A DNA stretch of 64,000 bases from Paraspadella gotoi (lineage: Eukaryota > Animalia > Chaetognatha): NCBI GenBank assembly GCA_051294375.1, contig CM119263.1, positions 24,347,657 through 24,411,656 of the forward strand. The letters are read 5' to 3'. The position numbers and the translations under genes were made by a program. Of this stretch, positions 22,233 to 36,756 are shown in pieces. Each line of letters starts with the position of its first letter. Position 1 is the first letter of the stretch. The notes beneath the pieces are model-generated. The model was given only the letters and a program-made list of their open reading frames with translations, was not told where the DNA came from and did no database searches.

Positions 22233-24854
22233 ACGAGGCGTCGTCAATTAGGAGGCGTGACCCTGAATTTTTCTCCTTTTCGACGACGACATCAAAAAAT
22301 TTCAAATTCAGTGAAATATTTTTTTCTCTATTTTTTTTTTCGACGGGAGAATCCTTTTGAGGTAACGACCTGGAATTAACGGGGAAAATATTATTTTTTT
22401 TATCTCCATCAAATTATTTTATCCCCTTTTAAATTTTAAAATATTGCTCACCGATTTAGTACTTTCATCTGACTGGGATTTTGCAAAGGATTTCAAATAA
22501 GTGCTTGAATAACGAAAAATAATTAAAAATATATATTCGCTTCCTACATTAGCCTCAGAAAACGTATTTATTTAGGAAATATTCATGCCAGGCAGAGTTA
22601 ATTTTTTTTTTTTTAGGGTTTGCAAAATACACATTCTGTGACTAACGTCCGATATCAAAATAACGGAATAACGATAAAACGGTCAATGGCTCCGAACAAA
22701 GTCGATCTTTCATATTTTGAAATGGCGCCTCGTCAGTTTCCCCGATCGGATATTAATCAACCTTTTTTTGGCAAGAGTATTTATAGCATCCTTCGTTTCT
22801 TTTTCTTTGTTTTTTTTTTCTCGTCTGGTTCTTATTCTCTTTCATGCTTCGTTATTTATTTATTTTTCTATCTTTACTCTTCCCGTAAGTTTCTTTTCGA
22901 CGCTTTCCTCTCCTTTTTCCGTAAATAAAATTCTACAAAGAAGAAGTGTAATAAATGAAATCAAATATATTTTAACATTTTCGATAAAAAATTCGTAGAC
23001 CTGTATTTTCGCGACGCGCCTGGAAACGCCTCCGCAAGAAATGGACAATAAACGAGACTGGTGCGCGTGACTGAAATATATTAGTAATAAAAAAAATAAA
23101 CCAAAAAAAAAAAAAACCAAAAATCAAAAAAAAAAAAACCCAAAAACGATCCCAAATTTTGTTGCAAATCTGTGTTGTCACGATCGCGATAAATTGCGAA
23201 AAAAAAACCCCGCGTTCGTCAAACCGGTTCGCGCGACGAGCGCCTTATCCCGGGGTCGCCGTTTTTTTTCCGAACGCGAATAATGAGTATTCTATATGCG
23301 GTTGCGCATATATGGAATATCAATTATTTAAGTGGAAAAAGAAGAGATGCCGAAGTGCGTCGGGCGATTAAGGGTAGGATCCTTTATCCGCGATGGTACG
23401 ACCGGTTCAATTATTTCGCAATAGAGCTATCCGGGTAATTTTCTTTTCAGATTTTCCATATATAAATATATACTAACTAGGTAACGCTACGCTCGTTACG
23501 CCACAAAGCTCTTAGTTCTCTCCGCGAGATGGCGTCGCGTTGTCCTCGCTCGTCGAGCGTTTTATGTACACAGCGTCACGTGACTCCATTGAGCTTCACG
23601 AAACCGTTTCACGTCGCCCATTATCTCCTTCGTTTCACCGTCGAATCGTTTACCCTTTCCACGCCCCCGTCAGCCGCCCCCCCCCCCGCCCTTGACTCTC
23701 TCAGCCTGCCTTCGCCCTCTTGCCAGGTTCCCACATTAAATCTATAGTAATGCTAAGGTGGATAGCATAAAATTTCATACAGTCTCAGTAACCACTGGGT
23801 AGTACCCAACCTAATCGCCGGTCCTAACCATTTTGAATATTTAAAACCTCTTCCCACAATCGTCTCACTCCAGCCCTTCTTGGACCTCCCAGCCCCACTT
23901 ACCCTCATTGTTTTCTCGTTTCTCTCTCTCGCCCGCCAACTTATCTCATCCCCTTTAAAGCCTTCCTGACCCCGGCCACGCCTCTCTCCCTTTTCAAGCT
24001 CCGCCTCTTTTTTTCAATTCCTTCTTTCTAATCGGCGCCATCTTTCTCTCCGAAGCTCGCGACTCTTTCCCAATTTTCGCCATTAGGCGTAACGTATCCT
24101 AGGATTTTTTTTTTTTTTGGAGGCGGTGTGGGGGAAAAGAAAATGAAAAGGGAAAGAGGAAAAGGAAAAAGGGTGAAGAGAGTAGGAAGAAAGAAGGGAA
24201 AGGAAAATAGAAAAAAAAAAGGAAAGTAGAAGAGAGAGAGAACACGAAGAGAAAGAAAAGGGGTAAGTGTAAATGACTGATGGAAAGGTAACATCTTTTT
24301 TATTCTGTGCTTATAGGAGAACGAAAAACTGATTAATTTTATAATTTAAATATTGTTTCTGTTTATGTACATGATAAACTTTAATCAGATCAGACATTTT
24401 TTTAACATCAATTTATTAATTAATTACTAATTTCTCATTAATTTTAGTGTTCTTTATTCTACAATCAGTTAAGTTTTTTATATTGTATTTTAAGTATTTT
24501 TTTCTAGTTGCAAGCAGCCTTTAAGGTTGGTTTCTAACAAATCGTAATAAAAAAAACTTTGCGGAAAAAAAATTGATTGAGGAAATTTTTGAATGGTAAG
24601 TTAAGCCATTGAAAAGTCGATATAATTATAAAAAAAATGCCTTAAAAGTTGAAAATTACAATCAACGAATGATTTTCTCATGAAAGAAAGGTGATTAATA
24701 ATTGACGTTGGCGAAAGGATGATGGATAAAAGCTGGCACTCTCTCGCCGTTGAGCCTTTATGAATTAAGAATGGCGCCTTCACTTAAGGCAAAAACCCCG
24801 ATTCGAGCCATGGAGAGTAAAATGGAAGTCTGATGAATTTGGCAACTCACCCCC

Positions 24855-24969
<115 letters not shown>

Positions 24970-26931
24970 CTCGCGAGATCATCGAAGAAGGTTCAAAATA
25001 AGATTCGACTAAAAAAGCCGGGATTCCTCAAACTTACTCTTCCTTACCTCAAGATATCAAACTTTCCTTATCATAAAACTTCTCTAAACCGAAACCTCTC
25101 CATAGCTTCTCTTCTTCCATATCAACAAATAAACACCGCCCCCCTACTTAGTATCGCAGCCTTATCGACCCCATTATCCTCATAATAAACCCCTTTGCCC
25201 CACACAACCCCTTTGCCCCACACAGCCCCCAGTTTCTTCCGACGCCGAGCTAACTTACTCCCTCCAATCTCGCGCCAAGGAGGGTCGTTTCCGGGATTGA
25301 TTCCGGCATGAAAGCGAGAACGACGGCCGGAAGTTGACTAAGACGAACGACGGCAGCGACGCCGCCGCTGCCGCCGCCGCTGGACCTGCGGACGCGGTCG
25401 ATGGAGCGAGGGGTTTTTATGTGAAGCGTAAGTGAGGTCAACAGCCTTTGAGTTTGAAAACTTTTTGCTTTATATATGATGAACAATAGAGCTGTCTTAA
25501 AAATTGCCATTTTTCGTCTCTTCTTGTTTCCCACGGCGCACTTTCTCTCTCTCTCTCTTTTTCCCTCTCTCTCTCTCTCTCGCATTAATTCCGAACCCCC
25601 AGAGTCTCACTGTATAAAAAGAACCCCACAGAGATTCGGGTTGCGAGAGGAGACATTTAAAAGGTCAGTCAGTCATCGTCTCTTCTTAGAAACTAAAAGC
25701 GGCGCATCTGCCGGGGATTCAAAGTGTTGTTTCCATGGAGAGCGACAACAGTGCGTCGCTCGATTCTCCAATCTCGGCGGAGAGCTTATTCTAATTTCGC
25801 TCGTAACAAACACTGTGAAATGGGACTATAGAAAAAAATATGTTATATTTTACGTTCTTTGTTTTCCGCTAAAATAACTGAGCCTAGGACGGCCCTGACC
25901 GCAACCGACTGACCGTGACACCGGGGGCGGCGCCCAGGTAATCGCCTCTGCGCGCCGCTAGCGCCGGGAGCGCCGCGATCGCCTTACCTCGTCTCGGCAA
26001 CGAGGGAACCCCAAGGACGCCAACTAATTTCCGGAGAAAGGGAAAGGGAGGAAGAGGGGAGGAAGAGGGGGAGAGGAAAGGAGGCGCGAAAGAAGAAAGG
26101 AAGCAACGATGAGGAAAGTGAAGGAAACAGATTGAGCGACCAGGGAAAGAAAGAATGAATGGAAAAGAATGAGCATTGCAGATTTGAGCCTGGAGACTGG
26201 AGAGTAAATCAACGAAATGAGTTTTCGAAGAATTCACTGACGCAAAAATAATATTCTACAGTTACTACTTAAGCTTGTCACTGGAAAATCACTCGCGCAC
26301 CCCTCTCGATACCGTAAACTTTCAACATCCTACATTTCCTTTTCGTAAAACCACTTTGCCAGGATGCCATGTTAAACTACGTCCTCAAACTGACGTACAA
26401 TATCACAACGGCACCACTACGCCACCGTCACATTCCTCCGCGTCAAACCAATTTACCAAGAAGCGAAAGAGAATTTATGTTAGGAGTTGAGTTCTCGACC
26501 GTTGATGTAGAAAGTTTTTCTCTAGAGAAAAAGTTTCTTCTTTTTTGTTGGGGGGGAGGCTTATTTTTGTGAGTAAGAGGAGAAGACGTGCGATGTTTTG
26601 GCGACATTCGTTTTGACTTTTTTTTTTAAGACGGTTGAGAGGGGGGGGGGGAAGGAAGAGCAGTGGTTTTTCAGTTGACTAACACTTCGCCTTCGAGTAT
26701 TTATTGCTCGCCTCATGGGGAGAAGTCGCCTCGCAGGGTGATACTTTTTTTTTGCTGGCGCCCGGAAGGGGAGAGGGAAGAGAAATTCAAGGAGGACAAC
26801 GAGGAGGAGGAAGAAGGGAAGGAGGAAGAAGAAGAAGAGGAGGAGGAGGAGGAGGAGGAGAAAGAGGCCTAGGCGCTAATGAGGACTGAGACGACAGAGA
26901 TTTTGAATATGGACGCAGTTTCTTCTCTCCG

Positions 26932-26980
<49 letters not shown>

Positions 26981-27375
26981 CGAAATTTCCAAGTAAAAAA
27001 TTTCAGATACTCACGTTTGCATATTCAATACTGATTAGTCAAACGACAGGAAGAACCGATATTTTGACCTCTGCCCTTTGACCTGAGACAGTCGAGGGGA
27101 ATGAGTCTCTTTTGCACAGCGCTGTGCTGTGCGAAGCTACGCAGGGGTGTTAAAAAACTTAGCTTAACTTACTCTAAAGGTGCGGGGGGCGGCGCGGGGG
27201 GGGACAACGATTGCTGTATTACCATTTACCATGGGACGGCATGTGTTCAAAGGCAAATTCTGAAAGAAAATTTCTTAGTTGGGACCAAAACCGTGTCCGC
27301 CCTTGCAAGGAAACGCCTCCCTTTCTTAAGTCGCGAATGTGGGACCGAGAAGAGAGAGAGAAGATGAAGGAGAGG

Positions 27376-27427
<52 letters not shown>

Positions 27428-28424
27428 AGAGAGAAAGAGAGAAGAGAGAGAGCGAAACATTCCAAACAATTCCAACCTGAAACGGAAAAAACTGAAGTGG
27501 AACAGCCTTGATGATAGGCGGCCCTGCCAACACGTGAGCAGGATTGTGGATGAGAAACGAGACCGTGTCGGTGGTTGGGGGGGGAGTGGGGTAGGGGCTA
27601 GAATGAGAGAGAGATGGGGTAGGAAACGCGGGAAGAAAGAGAGAAAGGGATGAAAAGAGAGGATGAGCCATGAAGGGATGAAGTTGGAAAGAGGATAAGA
27701 GACGAAGGAAAAAACCAGGAATGAAAGTATCGAGAGAAGGCAGTGGGAAAAGATCAGCTTGGGACGGAGACAGTGTGGATTAGCGAGGAATAACAGAAGG
27801 GAAGAAAAGCAAAAGAAAAGGGGAAAAAAGAAAAAGACAAAGCGGCATTTTTTTTTCAGCGAAGGAAAAAGAGAGAATTATAACTCAAGAATCGGAAACT
27901 AATGAAAAAAGAAAAAGACAGAAATTCGAAAGGAAAATCGGAAGGAGGAGGAGGAGGAGGAGGAGGAGGAGGAGGAGATAGAGAAGCTGGGGAAACAACG
28001 CGGGGGGTCGGAGCCGGCGAGGGATAAGGAGGGGGGCAAAGGAGGGAGCAAGGCGGGTGGGGGGGGGGCGTGAAACACGAGGTGTGTGGCACGTGGGGCC
28101 TCGTGGGCGTGGCTGATTCGATTTTGGCCGCAAGGTCGACGAAGATTTTTTATGGCTAAATTTATCGTAGGAGACGATCAATTTTCAGAATTTTACGGGA
28201 TGACTTTGTTGTTGTTGTTGTCTTTGTCGCTGTTGTTGTTGTTGTTTTTGATCAAGACGGCGGGGAAAATGAGAGAGAGAGAAAGAGAGAAGAGGATAAC
28301 AACGACGACTCCCTCTATCTTTTCTCGTTTGTCCTAGTCGTTTCCCGCAGACGTCCGGGATCGCCTCTTCGTAAATAAGGAGAATATAGTCAGTCATCTC
28401 TAGACCACCTTAATTTTTTTTTGG

Positions 28425-28508
28425 TTTTGTGGTCTGTCTGTTTTTTTGTGGTCTGTCTGTCTTTTTGTGGTCTGTCTGTCTTTTTGTGGTCTGTCTGTCT
28501 TTTTGTGA
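28425..28508. repeat. Minisatellite, ~19-bp unit TTTTTGTGGTCTGTCTGTC, about 4 copies
   Basis: Tandem copies are directly visible. Confidence 0.85.
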
Positions 28509-29290
28509 CATTTGATTCCGAAGAAGAAAAAATTTTCTTTTCCTTGACTCATCTTCCCCACGGGAATTTTTTTCCCCTCGCAATGGATCGGATTGAATTT
28601 TAGAAGGAGGTTGTTGTGACAGCGTCAGAGATGACAGGTAAGGCAAGAACGATGACAAGGTGATGACAAAGACGATGATGAAAAAGTGATAATGTCGACG
28701 AAGGCCAAGGAAAAAGCGACGATCACATTGACGACGAAGAAAATAGTGATGACAATGATGACGGCTAAAGAAATACTCCTCAATGACAAAGATGAAGGCG
28801 AAGGAAAATCCGATGACGACGACAACGGAAATAACGATGATCAAGACGAGAACGAAGAAAATAGCGATGACGACGACGACGACTCCCGAGGGACGATTGG
28901 TGACGCAGATGTCGGTCAAACTGGGGGCCGCTATGCGTCGCGTGGCGCAAGAGAGGACAAAGATGACTCAAACGACATCAAATGTTTCGCGTTAAAAAGA
29001 AAAGAATATCGACTTTCAAAAATCTTCGTCGGAGAAAAAAACAAAACGAAAAAAAAAGAGGAGAAAATTATTTCGTTTTTCGAGGAAATGAAAATAAAAA
29101 GAAAGAAAAAACAACCGAAAGGACGGCGACGAAGACGACGACGACGAAGACAACGACGAAGACCAAGAATTTATCGCAGCATCGACGAACTCGACAATAA
29201 TGGCGTCGACGACGACAGCGACAGGGAAGAATTTAGGAGAATCGAAGATGATGATGACGATTACGACGACGATGATGATGATGATGATGC

Positions 29291-29332
<42 letters not shown>

Positions 29333-30339
29333 AAGGAAGGATTTAGTAGTGGCGTCGACTTCGGGACTGATTTGGTGGCGTCGACCTAACGACAGATTTA
29401 TTTTCCGCGAATCGGATGGCGACGGATATTGGGGTGGTCAATGGTGGAGAATATTGGTGATAGAGATGGCGAGGAAGATGGCAAAGGTTAGGAGAGGATG
29501 GCGTCGCCAATGAGGCATAAGAAGGGGAAAAAAAGTGGCAATATTGTGTTGGAATGAGACGACGATGCCAACTGAGCGTGAGGCGTCGACGATGCAGGTG
29601 GCGTCTCACATCTAATTGACGACGATTCGGTCTTCGCCTTGACAAGAATCTGATTTTGATTTTGTTAATTGTTGTCTTTTTTTAATGCATTTGTATTTGT
29701 TAGTCATTCGTAGTTTTCATGTCGTTGTAATTGAAAACTGAAAAGCAATATTGTTTAGGTGTCTAGGTATCCAGATGTCCAAGTCTCATCGATAGAAAAC
29801 GTATCCCTTTATGGTCTTCTACATCCGGGTATTAAATCAAAAATCTCCATGGAAATTCATGCCCGCGAATTCCCTTCGCTCGCATTTTCTGTTCCATCGA
29901 CGGCGTCACCTTTTTCCCTTCGCTGAGATGGAATCCGGTCCGGCCTCATGAATTCCGGACGTCGCGACGCCGGACAACGAAATCGGCGGAGATCGAGAGA
30001 AAGAAATCGATGGGCGGCCATTTTGTTTGGCGATCGAAGAAAATCGTCGGAGAAAATAGAATCGTAAATCAGAGAATTTTCGCGTCTATGCGACTATGAG
30101 TCTCTGCCACTATGGGTCCCATAATAAGAAAAATGGAAGCAAAGAAATTACCTTCCTGAGGTTTTTTTAGGGGGGGGTTTACTTTGTACGTAGTGACTCC
30201 ATAGACTTAACACCGAACACTTAACATTTAACTCATGAAATCGTTACTAAAAATACTTAAAATTTGGTCCGCTATAAAAAAAATCCGCTGAATAAGGATT
30301 GCTAGACACAGTTGCTTTGTTATTTGAGAGGTACGAGAG

Positions 30340-30446
<107 letters not shown>

Positions 30447-30837
30447 AAGAGAGAGAGAGAGATAGCGCGCTGAATGGAAATTAAAAAAAACCTGGAGAAC
30501 CGGAAGTTGTGACGCAGTGAGAAGTCTATTCGCGCGGAAAAAAAAAGAGAGAGAGAGAGTGGGAGAGAGAGAGAGAGAGACTCTGAGAGAGACAGAGAGG
30601 TCCTTGAGTTTGAAGCTTCGTACTACTCTCCACTGAAAGTCTTTCAAACCTAAGTGAGATAAGATGAACTTAAAAATTTGTTGTTGGCCCCGGGCAACAA
30701 CAACGACGACAAAAATATCCAAATATTTTCTGCGTAGGAATTATAACAATAATACTTTTTTTTTAAAAACAAACGGTTTTTTTTTTTTTCAATTCGATTT
30801 GTTATCATCGACCGATTCGATGCGGATGAGGACAAAC

Positions 30838-30871
<34 letters not shown>

Positions 30872-31176
30872 TTTGAGTTTTTTGTCTCTCTGTTTTTTTT
30901 TTAAATTTTCTGCGAATTATTTTTCTTTTTAATTTTGTTTTTTCCCCTTGCTCTTTTTTTTTGTGATTTTCAGGATTTCTTAAAGTTTCATCTTCTTTTT
31001 CCGTTGATTTTTTTTTTCACGCTTTCACAGAATCTCCATTTTCACACCGCCTTCTCTCATCTTCTCTCATCCTAACTGCTAATTTCCGAAATCCAGAGTC
31101 AATGAGCATTTCTATTTACTCGAATATTGAAAATCCTGAAAGCTCTTCTCATTCTCTCTCTCTCTCTCTCTCTCTC

Positions 31177-31260
<84 letters not shown>

Positions 31261-33654
31261 TCAGTTCCTTCCGTCTAACTGCGAAACCTTTCCTAAAACG
31301 ACCAAGAAAACAAACATGACACGAAAAAAAGAAGAAAAAAGAAAATTCCCTTCTTTCTTTTTTCGTTTTCTACGAAGTAACGGAAGGACCCCATTCTCTT
31401 GACCTCAAAGGTCACGAGAGGTCACTCTCTCTTCGGCTTCCAAGGTTATCGCTCTCGCGTCCTTCGTTGCGTCGTCGTCTCACTCTCGCTCTCGCTCTTA
31501 CTCTTGCTTCTGGAACAGACTTTGCCGGAACTAATGACGAGGACATCAAAGAATAGAAAATGATGTCCATCGTTTAACTTTAAGTCCCATTCCTCAAATT
31601 GTTTAGAATTTTAAGTCGCCGCTTTGTACAGCGACACGCGTTTCTTTAACCACAACAAGAGCCAATCTCTTTGTTTACTGGGAAGATGGGTATCTCGCTA
31701 AAGGTAGGTTCTAACTAGTCTCTCATCAGGGAAAAGAGGTAAGAAGGGTAAGGAATATATTGGTGATAGGTAAATGGCTACAACAAAGGGAACAAGGGTA
31801 CATAAAAGGGAGAGAAGGGAGAGGGAAGGTTTGCAGACCCCGAGACCGAGAGGACAAGTTGAGAGAGTGAGTCCGATCTCCAAGACTCTATCCCTGACTC
31901 CGGGGATGAAGAGGAGGGGACGACGAGGGGAGGAGGAGGCGTTGAGAGGGGGGAGAGAAGAACCGGGGGGGAGAAAGGCCCTGGTGATAGGGTGAGCCTC
32001 TATCTTGGTTTACAAAGGGTTTACATCGATCGATATCAAAAACGTCTGGAAAATAAAACGGCAACTCCTGTAATTGATGCGTTTTGAATAACATGTTAAA
32101 TTTTTCGCGCCATTACTTTACAAATTTTTAGAAAATTTGAGAAAAAATAAAGATGAAAAATAATGACTCCCGAGTCCCGACTATTGACCTCGCAGTTTCT
32201 CTGACTGCAATTCCCCTGATTAATGAAAATGAAGGATAGAGAAGCAGAATGTTCCACGCATCTCCGACAGAACTGTTTAATTTCTGACAGCGGCAATAGT
32301 GGTAGGAATGATAGCATTCCCAAAGGGCGCGGTCGCAAAAGTATGCGACGCATTCTCTGGACACTCGGAAAAGGTCGTAGTTGTCAAAGGTATTTTTTTT
32401 AAAAAGATTGTGTTGTCATGATAGTTTTTACGTGTGTACCAATTTTCAAACTATTTTTCAAATTCATTCCCTAAAGAGCTGGACCTCCCTGAATTCCTAC
32501 TTCAAAACTTTTTAAAACTTTATTTCAATTACCGAAAATGTTCAGTCAAAAACAAACTTTGAAAGACCGACTGACCGAGAGAGATTTAGAAGATTCGCTT
32601 GTTGTGACTTTTATAAGAAATAAAACTAAAGCTCAATCCATCATTCGGTGACAAGAGAAAGAGAGAGAAATGAATCCATTCGTCAGAACAAAAATAAAAA
32701 ATAAATAATACCAACAAAAATAAAAAGAATAAAATATTCGAAAGCTGAGCCCAACTCAATGTTTGCCTCTTTTTTTCGTATAAACAAACAAGAAAGAAAG
32801 AAATATCTTCGCCTCGTCTTTTCTTTGGGGATTTTGCCCACTTGTCTCGGACTTTTTGTTAACAACGTAACGTTATTCACACTGAACAGTCTTATTTTAG
32901 TTCCTTCATAGAGTAGAAGATGAACTCATATTTTTATCGAAAAATACAAACCAAGTAAAATTGTTTTAAAATTTCATAAACACAAAGTTAAAAAATCTAA
33001 ATTTCCTTTGGCCTCGAGGCGCGGCGCTGACGATGAAAGGGGCAAAAACAAAAGGTCGAAAAACAAAAGACTCACGCCGTTCGTGTTTTGAATAATTTAT
33101 CGGTGACGCTTGAGGCCCTTCATATCCCCTAAAAATACTAAGTTTCCAAAAAGGAAAATGCCGCTTTTTTAAAAATCTTCTATTGTGTTTTTTTTTTTGG
33201 TGTCGCAAGACATTGCAAGTCATTGTATAACTTTTCTCGGATTAGTCGTGTAAATTTTTCTCGAATTCCAATTTCATAACTTTAATTTTTTTTTTTTTTT
33301 TTTTAAAAGATATCGTTTTTTTAGAAATCCGGTTATAACAAACCCTTTTCAAACAAATTAACGTTTTAAATAATTGATTAAAAAACATAAAATAATAATA
33401 ATAAAAAAAGATCTGCATCAGCGTTTTTTTCCTTTCATTTGTTCGGAAAAAAAATGGCGGGGACAAGATCCGCCATTCGGGAAACAAAAGCGAAAAAAAA
33501 AAAATCGAAATCGCGAATGAGAAAAAAAATGAGAAAGAATCAGCGGAAAAAATAATCGATGCTTTGGATTCGAAGAACAATTGGCTCGTGAAAAATGAAG
33601 GATAAGAAAGATATGAGGGTTGGAGAAATAGTGTGTAGTGGGAAATAAAGATAA

Positions 33655-33815
33655 AGGATTAAAGGTTGAAGATTAGGTGAGAGGTTAGGGTTAAGAATTA
33701 GGCAAGGGATCTAATTAGGGAATGAGGTTAGTGATTTGGGTTGGAGTTAGGAATTCGTCACTTCAAAGAATACGTTTAGGATTTGATAAAAGATTAGGGT
33801 TAGACATTTAGGTTT
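33655..33815 (+). repeat. Degenerate telomere-like (TTAGG/TTAGGG) interstitial tract
   Basis: Repeated TTAGGT, GGTTAGGGTT, TTAGGC, TTAGGG, TTTGGG, TTAGGA and TTAGGGTTAG motifs. Confidence 0.5.
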
Positions 33816-34589
33816 AAATTATGTTCAGAAACATGGTGCTTGTATAGTGTAGAGTATACGTACTGTATGTGTAGGGATGTATAGGAATATGAAGGGATGA
33901 AACCGCTGCATTGCATGCTAATAGAAAACGGCTTAATCGTTGGTTTTTAGAGGAAAGCTGATGGCTTTATCAGTTGAGAAGCAGAAAAGAAAAAAGTGGA
34001 AGAGAGTAGAACCAAATTCCGAAACTCGATCCCAAACCTTTTTTTATAATATTTTTATATTTTTGGATAGAGAATGACTGGAATAATATAAATCTTAAGT
34101 TACGTCTAAATTGGCCCATGGGGTTTAGAAAGAAATCGACAAAAAACAACCAAAATTCCTCTCCCTTTTTTTCAACATTCTCGCCTTTTAAGATTTTCGC
34201 CGATTCTGACTTCCTCTTACAAACTTATAATTCCGCCAGTAAATTTTTTTTTCCTTTAACGAGCGAAAGGAATCCACAACTTTCTAATCTTTATAATTTC
34301 TAGGTAAAAAAATATAATACATTACACTAATATTGGGATATTGTGAAAGTGTAATGTCTTGTGAAGCCTGTGAAAGTTGAGTAATTAAAAAAATTGCCTA
34401 TTTTATTAATAAAAACTGACATTAAAGTGAAGAAGTTGAACATCTTCTGGCTCATTTCAGTAAACGTCCCTGTTCTCTAAAATAAGATAATGTTTACTTT
34501 TTTGCTGGTGGAAAAGAAAGATAAATACTTAGACTGTGATGGGGTGAATAATATTTTGTAGAATTTTGTAAGCATGCTTGTAAAATCAG

Positions 34590-36756
34590 ACAAGCATTAT
34601 TTAAGTGATAAACAATTTACATTTTCTTTATCCAAAAAACTTTTAAGTTTTACTAGAGTACAATTTAGCTTTTTTTCTTTGAGAATCATTAAAAATAATT
34701 TAATTTTTATTAATTCTATGGGTGTCATTAGTTTTAAAATTAATTATAATTTTGACTTAGTTTGAACACCCACCCTGTAAAGAGATTTCAGCAAAAATAA
34801 TTCTAAAATTGTATCTTATATGTGCCCTATGATTATGGCTTCATTTTGGTACTATTGCCAACCATTTATCTTTGTTCCTTCAAAAGATATTAGGAAAAAT
34901 AAGTTTTTTCTCTTAAAACCTTCCTTTTAATTTCTTTTTAAATAAAAATTTCGCGATGAAAACTGGACCAATTCAGTTTACCATGTTGGTTAAATATAAA
35001 AAATTAGTCAATAATAAAAAGAAAATAGAACGAGCTCTAGGGACACAAGGCTTTTGGAATCTCATAATTCGAAGTACCACTTATAATGCTAACATACCCT
35101 AATCCCGTTTGTAATTTTAAAAAAGTGAAATTTCCCTTTCATTTCTATAGTAAAAATAAGGTATGAAAATCCTCCGGAGACGAGTAGTACATTTCCCCTA
35201 GCTTGTTTGATAGTAAAAAGATACCTATTACCTTCTGGCCACTTAAGAAAGAAAGTTGAACGGAGCATACTCGAAATTACTCGCCAAAAACAACTCTATC
35301 AGCCAGTATTTATCAAAGTCAGAGAAAAAAAGATACGCTGTAGTACGATTTTCTAGCTGTTGATTATCACCCTGGTGAAAACCGCCAGGCTGCGTTTTGA
35401 TTCGACGGTCGTTTAGCCGTTGTTTAGCTGACTGAGAACGTGGTCCAGTTATGGACCACACGTACCTTGACGCAGGATAAAAGATTCGGCGCCGCTCGAA
35501 ACTTTATCGCTTAAATCAAGTTCTCAGAAAGGAACGGTAGCAATCGCACTTTTCCGTTTTAGCCGAATCGATTCGACTAGACTTTCTTATCTTTTTTCTA
35601 TCTGGCCGACTGTCCTAGCCGACTGCCAGAAAAAAATTCTGACGTAAAAAATGCTGAACGTAACGCTTTTTAAGCCGCGCGAAAACCGCGCAGTGTGTGC
35701 TCTTTGCCTGCATCGAACCTCTTTACGTCTTTTGGTTTATTGATAGATACTAACAACAGTGTCGGATTATTTTTCTAGTTTATAGTATAAATTGGTCAAA
35801 AAAATTAACAACATATTTTTAGTTCCCTCTATTCATCCCCCACTCTCTTTATTGTTTATTCAAAATAAGTCAGGCATCGCCGTTTGGTATTTTTTAGGAC
35901 GAATGGAATGTTTGGAATTAACTAATGGCCTAGATAAGTTTTACGCATAAATCTGTTCACTTTCGCTTTCATTAGTTTCTCACTTTTATTTTCGTCAAGT
36001 TTCGTACGTCATTTCATTTTGGTTTCTTTTTTATCAATATTTCCAAAATGTTTTTAAATGAAGTGGGGTTTTCCCTCAANNNNNNNNNNNNNNNNNNNNN
36101 NNNNAAAAAAAAAAAGAGAGAGATTACAAGCAATTATTTAAGTGATAAACAATTTACATTTTCTTTATCCAAAAAACTTTTAAGTTTTTACTAGAGTACA
36201 ATTTAGCTTTTTTTCTTTGAGAATCATTAAAAATAATTTAATTTTTATTAATCTCTATGGGGTGTCATTAGTTTTAAAATTAATTATAATTTTGACTTAG
36301 TTTGACACCCACCCTGTAAAGAGATTTCAGCAAAAATAATTCTAAAATTGTATCTTATATGTGCCCTATGATTATGGCTTCATTTTGGTACTATTGCCAA
36401 CCATTTATTCTTTGTTCCTTCAAAAGATATAGGAAAAATAAGTTTTTCTCTTTAACCTTCCTTTTAATTTCTTTTTAAATAAAAATTTCGCCGATGAAAA
36501 CTGGACCAATTCAGTTTACCATGTTGGTTAAATATGAAAAAATTAGTCAATAATAAAAAGAAAAATAGAACGAGCTCTAGGGACACAAGGCTTTTGGAAT
36601 CTCATAATTCGAAGTACCACTTATAATGCTAACATACCCTAATCCCGTTTGTAATTTTAAAAAGTGAAATTTCCTTTCATTTCTATAGTAAAAATAAGGT
36701 ATGAAAATCCTCCGGAGACGAGTAGTACATTTCCCCTAGCTTGTTTGATAGTAAAA
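34590..36756 (+). repeat. ~630-bp direct duplication (34590-35218 and 36126-36756) across an N gap, containing a Tc1/mariner-type end (CACCCTG-TA)
   Basis: Near-identical copies differing mostly by 1-nt indels. The second begins ~20 bp after the gap at 36080-36104. CACCCTGTA at 34771-34779 and in the second copy. Confidence 0.85.

Noticed and set aside
28686-29513. 275-aa D/K/R-rich ORF
   Set aside because: Built from GAC/GAT triplet repeats and A-runs, with no domain or splice support.
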